From assembly GCF_032062105.1 (NCBI RefSeq), contig NW_026939192.1:558001-622000 (forward strand): a stretch of 64,000 nt of DNA, given 5' to 3'. Made by a program: the position numbers and the translations under genes. The DNA is from Saccostrea cucullata. Taxonomy: Eukaryota. Under the pieces are notes generated by a model that was given only the letters and a program-made list of their open reading frames with translations, did no database searches and was not told where the DNA came from. Positions within the stretch are counted from its first letter, which is position 1. The number at the start of each line of letters is the position of its first letter. Positions 57,701 to 64,000 of the stretch are shown piece by piece.

Positions 57701-60700
57701 ACTAATATCCTCATTCCGTAAACCCGCAAGGAAAAATAGATTTTTTAAAATTATGTAATTATATGATTGATTAACTGTTGTTTAACGTCCCTCTCGAGAA
57801 TTTTTCAATCATATGGAGACGCTATCATTACCGGTGGAGAGCTATAAATTTTAACCTATGCTTGGCACTTATAGCCATTGAACTGGGAGGGATATTTTTC
57901 ATGCCAGCACCTACTGCGACATGGGACCTCGGTTTATACGGTCTCATCCGAAGGACCGGTCTGCAAGTCCCACAGTGGGGTTCGAACCCGCGACGTAAGG
58001 ATCGGCTCTTTACTTCGCGACTCTAGAGCAGACGCTCTAACTGCGCCTTGCGGGCGACTTGTAATTATTTAAAGAAATCTATGCCAAAATCACGTTCTGT
58101 TTTTTTTAAATTTATGATTCTTAAGAAAGTAAACAACTCACGGGGAAATGTACAGCTAAAATAATTGTGTGTAAATTATTTCATTGGTTTTCATTTGTAC
58201 ACACTTTATTCATCACACATGTAAGCATTTATTATAATATCATAAACAAGCACGAAACATTCTTCAATGACCATATGTGAACTTGCATATCAGGTATTTT
58301 AAATATATGATAAATAGAATATATAGACTTGGAATATATTAGTAATAATCAATAAAAAAACAAATATGACAAATCACACATCAGCCCTCGAAAAATTAGC
58401 AATATCAAATAGGGATTTTTTCCATTTTGCTTTTCCTAATAAAATTCACCTGGGGCTGATATGACATATGATATGGATTTTAGTATGTGATATTCTCTAT
58501 ATAATTTACATCTTAAAAGGATATTAATAAGAAAATATTTAGTAGTCACGATGGCAAGGAAAACAAATTTCCAGCCCCATAAAAAAAATCCACAAATCTA
58601 GCTACCATTATTATCTATAAGAAATGAGATGGAACTAAAAAAGAAAATACTCTAGGGATACTAAAAAGAAAAAGATACATAATACAAAATGAAGATGTGG
58701 TATGAAGTCGAAAACAAAACATTACAATTCATTTTTAATGATCTCTGTTTTTTCAACTACAAATGTATGTATACCAAATCAAAACGCGGTTTAAAATTGT
58801 AGTAATTCAAAGTATATAAAGGTCCCCTTAATTATTGAATTCTCTCCCTTTAAACAAACACAAACTGTTTTGGGGAAGAAGTAAATTCTCTCTAAATTTT
58901 AGGTTTCTAAACTAGCTATAATGACAAATCTGAAGATTGATTTTTAATGATAACTGGATTTATTTCTTATGTTTAAGACATTGTATCTCCAATCCACTAT
59001 CGCTAATAAGCTCCTTGGTCTTCCTATCCAATTATAAATTTCCATGCCATATATATTTTTTTAAAGATTTTTTACTGTAGAAAATTCACGATCACTATCA
59101 CTTCAACTAATAATTTACTAAATTCATGTATATAAATTTACTAGAGCTTTTATAGTAAAGTTACAGACCATTTCAGTTGAGAAAAAACGATACTGCATTT
59201 GGTAAATTTTTAAATATACCCATATCATCAAGTAGTGCAGTTTGAAGCCCCTATCATCAAGTAGTGTAATTAAAGTTTGTTCACGTTACACCTACGTAAT
59301 GAAGATTTATGGTTAACAAGATTCAAATTTTACAAGGAGTATCGACCAACATCTGCGGTTATTTTGGAAGACGTTTTAGCAAATCCCGTCATTGCCATAA
59401 AACCAGTGTAATTCTACAATATAATTATCAGATGGTATTTCTGCCTTTCTTATGTGATCCGTACCAAAGAAAACACTTTCTGTATAAAAATTAATATTTT
59501 ATGACAAGTACTTTAAGAATCCAAATATATAAATGTTGCTTCTTGGAATCAATAACTGACAAGGGTATTTTAAATATACACACACAGCTTACTACTTGAT
59601 GCATAGACACACTATAATACATCTTGAATGATATATGGAGATAGCAAACAGCATGAACACTCAAGTTCAAAAGTTCGTTTAAACAATACAAATGAGGGGC
59701 AAGGCAAACACGGACCTCTAAAAACACCAACGTGGGATCACTTGCCATGGAAAAGTAAGCAACCCCCTGCCGACCGATCTCACTCGCGTGCCCATTGTCA
59801 TAAACGGAAAAAATCCGTAGAGAATTTAATGTGTAAAAAAATGGCTGAACAATTTATTTTAAAAAACGTCCATCAGCATTTAATTTAATGATCGATTGCT
59901 TTTGCTAACAGAGTCTTTGTATTGATCATAGAACTTACGAAATGGTGACTTAAAAAAAAGACTGTTGGTATTCTTGTTTCATCATCTTGTTGACAATATC
60001 TTACCTCGATTTGGAAATGCTCACGAGTACGTCAGAGTAGAGCATGCACCTGTGAATTGAATGAAATGGGAGATATAAACCTTTTGGTATATCAATAATT
60101 GCCATTTAAGGAAGGGTTAAGGATTGAACAGTTAAAGTATATGTCATGAGAAATTCAGTAAAAATGTCACTACCAATTCAAATGAGAATGGTGAATGGGT
60201 CGGGGGATAGCTGTCCAGAATCTAACTATTCACCATGTTGCTAGTCAGCAGTATAAGGCAGATGTTTGGGACCTTTCCATCCGAAAGTATTGCCCATCTA
60301 TGGGGTCCCCAATAGGTACACTGTAATTATAGCTTTGCAGACCCAGTGGTTTTGAAGAAGTCGAAAATCTTCAAAGAAAAGAGAGAGACGATCGAATAAC
60401 AAAATTCGCTCAGAGAAGTGCACTGAACTTTCATTTCAGATGAGCTAAAAAAACTATAATAAACGTCCAACTTGAAAGTAATTATTTGATAAATGCAAAT
60501 TTATCATACCAACATATCAGGTATTGGATTGATTGGAGTTAACAATTCATGTCAAATTAAATGGCTTATATCGACTTGAATCTAATTGTCTTCCTTTGAG
60601 CAGACAAAAAGATGGTAAACCTGACACAGTTTACAGAACTCCTCGGTGAATACTGTCCCGATTTTAACCCGATGGCGGACATGATGGAGGCTTTCAAAGT

Positions 60701-60957
60701 TTTTGACAAGAATGGGGACGGTGTGATTAGTGTTTCTGAGCTACGACAGGTCATGAGTAACCTAGGAGAGCGTCTGACTGACAGGGAACTTCAAAAGATG
60801 TTTCGGGACGCAGATCAAGATGGTGACGGCGAAATTAATTATAATGGTAGTAAACAATTCTATACATTCGAATTTTTCATTTAATTTGACTGATATACAA
60901 TGTAATTTTATTTTCATCCCCTTTTCAGAATTCTTAAAAATGATGATGCACAGTTAA
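51753..60957 (+). CDS. CaM-like gene 10, ~151 aa, EF2 lost. Exons 51753-51755 (putative), 56873-56903, 57108-57257, 60604-60846, 60929-60957
   Basis: 31-nt exon [10 protein letters not shown]; [21 protein letters not shown]; EF2 position [12 protein letters not shown]; [12 protein letters not shown]; [20 protein letters not shown]. The first exon is inferred from CATAATG|gtaagt, the same context as gene 2. Confidence 0.82.
53100..53335 (-). mobile_element. tRNA-derived SINE
   Basis: Reverse complement has A-box GTGGCGCAGTGG and B-box GGTTCGAAACC; body similar to 57770-58058. Confidence 0.75.
53620..53805. repeat. Minisatellite, ~31-40-bp unit GGTGTATAGTCGTCTAGTCGTTGGTTGTTTG
   Basis: About 5 imperfect tandem copies. 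Confidence 0.85.
57770..58058 (-). mobile_element. tRNA-derived SINE, near full length
   Basis: Reverse-complement head GGCGCAGTTAGAGCG...GGGTTCGAACCC (B-box), conserved body, tail CTCGAGAGGGACGTTAAACAA. Confidence 0.8.
59620..60080 (-). mobile_element. Degenerate Naiad-type 3' fragment
   Basis: Reverse complement of the 3' UTR motif (CAAACACGGACCTC...GTGGGATCA...CCCCTGCCGACCG) and the RT end. Confidence 0.75.
60340..60452 (-). mobile_element. HINE terminal fragment
   Basis: CCCAGTGGTTTTGAAGAAGTCGAAAAT...TCAGATGAGCTAAAAA resembles 37515-37643. Confidence 0.55.
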
Positions 60958-62369
60958 AAAAAGAAATGGACCAAAAGAGCACCAAAAATTTCTAGCACAG
61001 CTATGTTTAAACGAGACGGTAAAAGTCATGACTTTATGTTATATATCACTACATGTACCAATGTCCGAGTTTTTCACATTAAATATGGTTTTAAAAATTG
61101 CATTTCTAATTTGTATTTTAATTGAGTGATTTTTACAAATACAAATTGAACCAGTTTCTTTTTATTTCTAGAAGAGACTTCACATTATTGCTCTCGATAA
61201 GAGTGCTTGTAACATTATTTTAAGTGATTTTTAACTAAAATTTCATTGCAACGCATGTTAATGGAATTTATGAGAGAAAAATATTTTAATCATTCAAGTG
61301 TTAATGTCCATTTTTTTTTTAAATTGTACTTTACCTGAAGCTATATGTTTCCTGTATATAAAGTGTTTCCAAACTTAAAGATTAAAACACTGAAAATGTT
61401 ACTAGAATACATTAAAATAAAGTTTTCAATTACTTAAAGTTAAATAGTTAACAATTATATATAAAGTATTCCTGTAGGTATATATAATAGTATTATGGTT
61501 TTATATAGTTTACCATAGCGTTATGGTCAAAGACTAAAATATACTCGGTTTTTATTTATCAAGGCTACAAGGATTTTGTTAATCTTTGTCACTATTTATA
61601 ACTTTATTATTATGTCAACAATCAACAAAAATATATATACTTACAATACAGTTTTGTGACCAAAAATCAAATGATTATTTAACTTTCTTTCTAATATATA
61701 TAACACTCTTTCTTGCATTGTAATTTATTCAAATGACTCATTTGTTATAAATATATTAAACGATTTATTGTACTATATAGAAAAATAGTAGTTATGTTGA
61801 ATAGAAAAGTGTAACTCAGAGCATGATTTAATGTTAACAGATCATCGTTTACTTGTAAGAACATATATTACAATTCTGTATGTTTAATCATCTTTTTAAT
61901 GTCCATTTTTTTTTAAAACCCTAGTCAATTAACTAAAGTTAAATAGTTAAATAAAGTATTCCTGTAGGAATTGTTTCCATAGTATGCTATACTTGTCAAC
62001 TAGAAATAACTTAATTACAGTAGTTGGATATTATGTTAACAGATCATCGTTTACTTTAACAATTTTCAATTTTCTACTTTTTGACTGTTATTCAATAACA
62101 TATTTTTGTATAAAAATTATTGTTATATAGCATTAAAGAAAGAGGAATTGCAGAAATAACTTAAGTTGTTATTCAATAACAATTTTTTCATAAAAATTAT
62201 TGTTATATAGCATGCACAAAGTTACAATATTCAAAAATAAAAAAAATTGAAATAAATGAAACTTGTTATAGGGTCAAACAGATAAGGGTATTGACAAAAA
62301 TAATAAAAATGGAATTTTCATTTTAAAATACAGTTTAATTAAGTATGCCAGAAATGTATAAAACAAGGT

Positions 62370-64000
62370 CAGTTATTGACAAACAAGTTGATGAAATAGG
62401 AATATCAGCAGTCTCATTAAATGTCTTCAGAAACGATACAATGACCTTGTCTGCAATTGCAAACTACCAATAAGTCAAATGCTGACTGATGTTTGTCATA
62501 CTTATTTTTAATAATGGCTGTTATTTACACAATAAATTGCCCACTTATTCTTCTGCTATTTCCTGATCATGACAAGGATCACACAGCGGGTTTGACAGCT
62601 CGACAGGGGATGCTCACTCTTTCTATGAGCCAAATCCACCTCTGGTGTTTCGGAGGTCCGTGTTTGTTCTGCTCCTATTTTGTACTGTTTTATGGTACCA
62701 ATTGCGCCCCGTTATAAGCAGACCTATTTTTGTATTTTTATGAAGCAGAACTTGTGCAAAAACTTATGTGTGAACAGAAGAAAACACAAGCTGTGGCCTT
62801 CAACTCGACATTTAGATATATCGACGACGTATTGTCTATTAACAAAGGTAATTTCCATTCTTATACGATATATCCTGGTGAGCTTTAGAAAAAAGATACC
62901 ACAGAGTCTGACACATCTGTTTCATATTTGGATACGTGTATTTTACTTGAAAAAGATGTTAATAGTAATCTAACAACCAAGCTCTATCATTTACGTGATG
63001 ACATTAACTTTTCTATCGTCAGCTTCCCTTACTTATGCAGCAATATACTTTCATCGCCTTTATACAGAGTTTATATATCATTGATACGATACGCAAGAGC
63101 ATGTTCTACGTATGAAAAATTTCTAAAACGAGGTAAATTAGTCGGACAAGTTGATGAAACAGGAATATCAACAGTCTCGTTTAAAGTCATCATTTCTTAA
63201 GTTCTACGGTCGATACCATGACCTTGTCAGCAAATACAATTTATCATTGAGTCAAATGCTGACTGACATTTTTCATACTAATTGTTGGTCCATTATTTAT
63301 ACACTGAATTGACGACGGATTTTTCCGTTATTTTCCGATCATAACAAGGACCACATGGCGGATGTGACCGGTCGGCAGGGGATGCTCACTCCTTCATGGC
63401 AACTAATCCCACCTCTGATGTTTTGGAGGTCCGTGTTTGCTCTGCTCCTATTTTGTATTGTTTTATGGATTTTTTTTATCTTCAATACTGTTCCTTATCT
63501 CCCTATGTTTCATTCAAAATCACATGTAAGTTTTGAATATTTATATTATTCCAGACAACCCACATGAATTTGAATTACCATATTTATACTGGGTCCCAAA
63601 TCTCATAAAAATTCGTACATACAAAGATAAATTGCGAATTCCAGTAAATGTTCTGACAAGCCTCTTTCTTAAGTACTCACTAGAATATTATCATCTAGTG
63701 AAGGAGAAACTTCAGGAGATCTGTGCAGCAATATTCGATAGGCGGTGTAAATCAGATGTGGATACTTAAAAATTCAAAGGAACTTTTGGAAAAATTAAAT
63801 CACAGGATTTTACCAAAATCAACAGCTTATATAATTAAAGACTCACAACTTTATACACAACCATTCCTCAATATAAATTAAAGTCCATGCTTTCAATAAA
63901 AAATGGAACTCGTAAATTTACTTTCCTTGTCTTTGGACTTATACAAATCAAATTATTTTGTTAAAAATCATTCTGATTGTACAAACAAGTACTGCGGAGT
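62370..64000 (+). mobile_element. Tandem, rearranged Naiad-type fragments: [RT end+3'UTR] 62370-62690, [RT core+3'UTR] 62690-63515, [RT N-part] 63545-64000
   Basis: GTNCAPL, STFRYIDDVL and LIRYARAC pieces; two 3' UTR copies; ELPYLYWVP (LPYLYWIPK-type motif), then sequence matching 3720-4080. Confidence 0.85.

Noticed and set aside
57970-58058. tRNA gene candidates (also 53235-53335, 56660-56700)
   Set aside because: A/B boxes are present but there is no complete cloverleaf; attached to SINE bodies or decayed repeats.

Overview
AT-rich, intron-containing animal genomic DNA. The repeat landscape (Naiad-type Penelope-like retroelements, HINE/Helentron-like elements with ~167-bp satellite cores, tRNA-derived SINEs) points to a bivalve, probably an oyster; this is inference. 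The window is dominated by a head-to-tail array of ten calmodulin (CaM)/CaM-like genes, all on the + strand and sharing CaM exon phases (ATG | 31 | 144 | 243 | 29 nt, with small deviations). Four near-canonical 149-aa CaMs lie at 28-49 kb. Six divergent paralogues carry different combinations of intact and degenerate EF-hands. The near-canonical copies show patchwork nucleotide identity consistent with gene conversion. Two unrelated genes are embedded in the array: a 3-exon FAHD1-like gene whose lid His/Glu pair is replaced, and a single-ORF rhodopsin-family GPCR on the - strand. Exon boundaries were read by eye from GT/AG sites and reading frame; no database searches were run.
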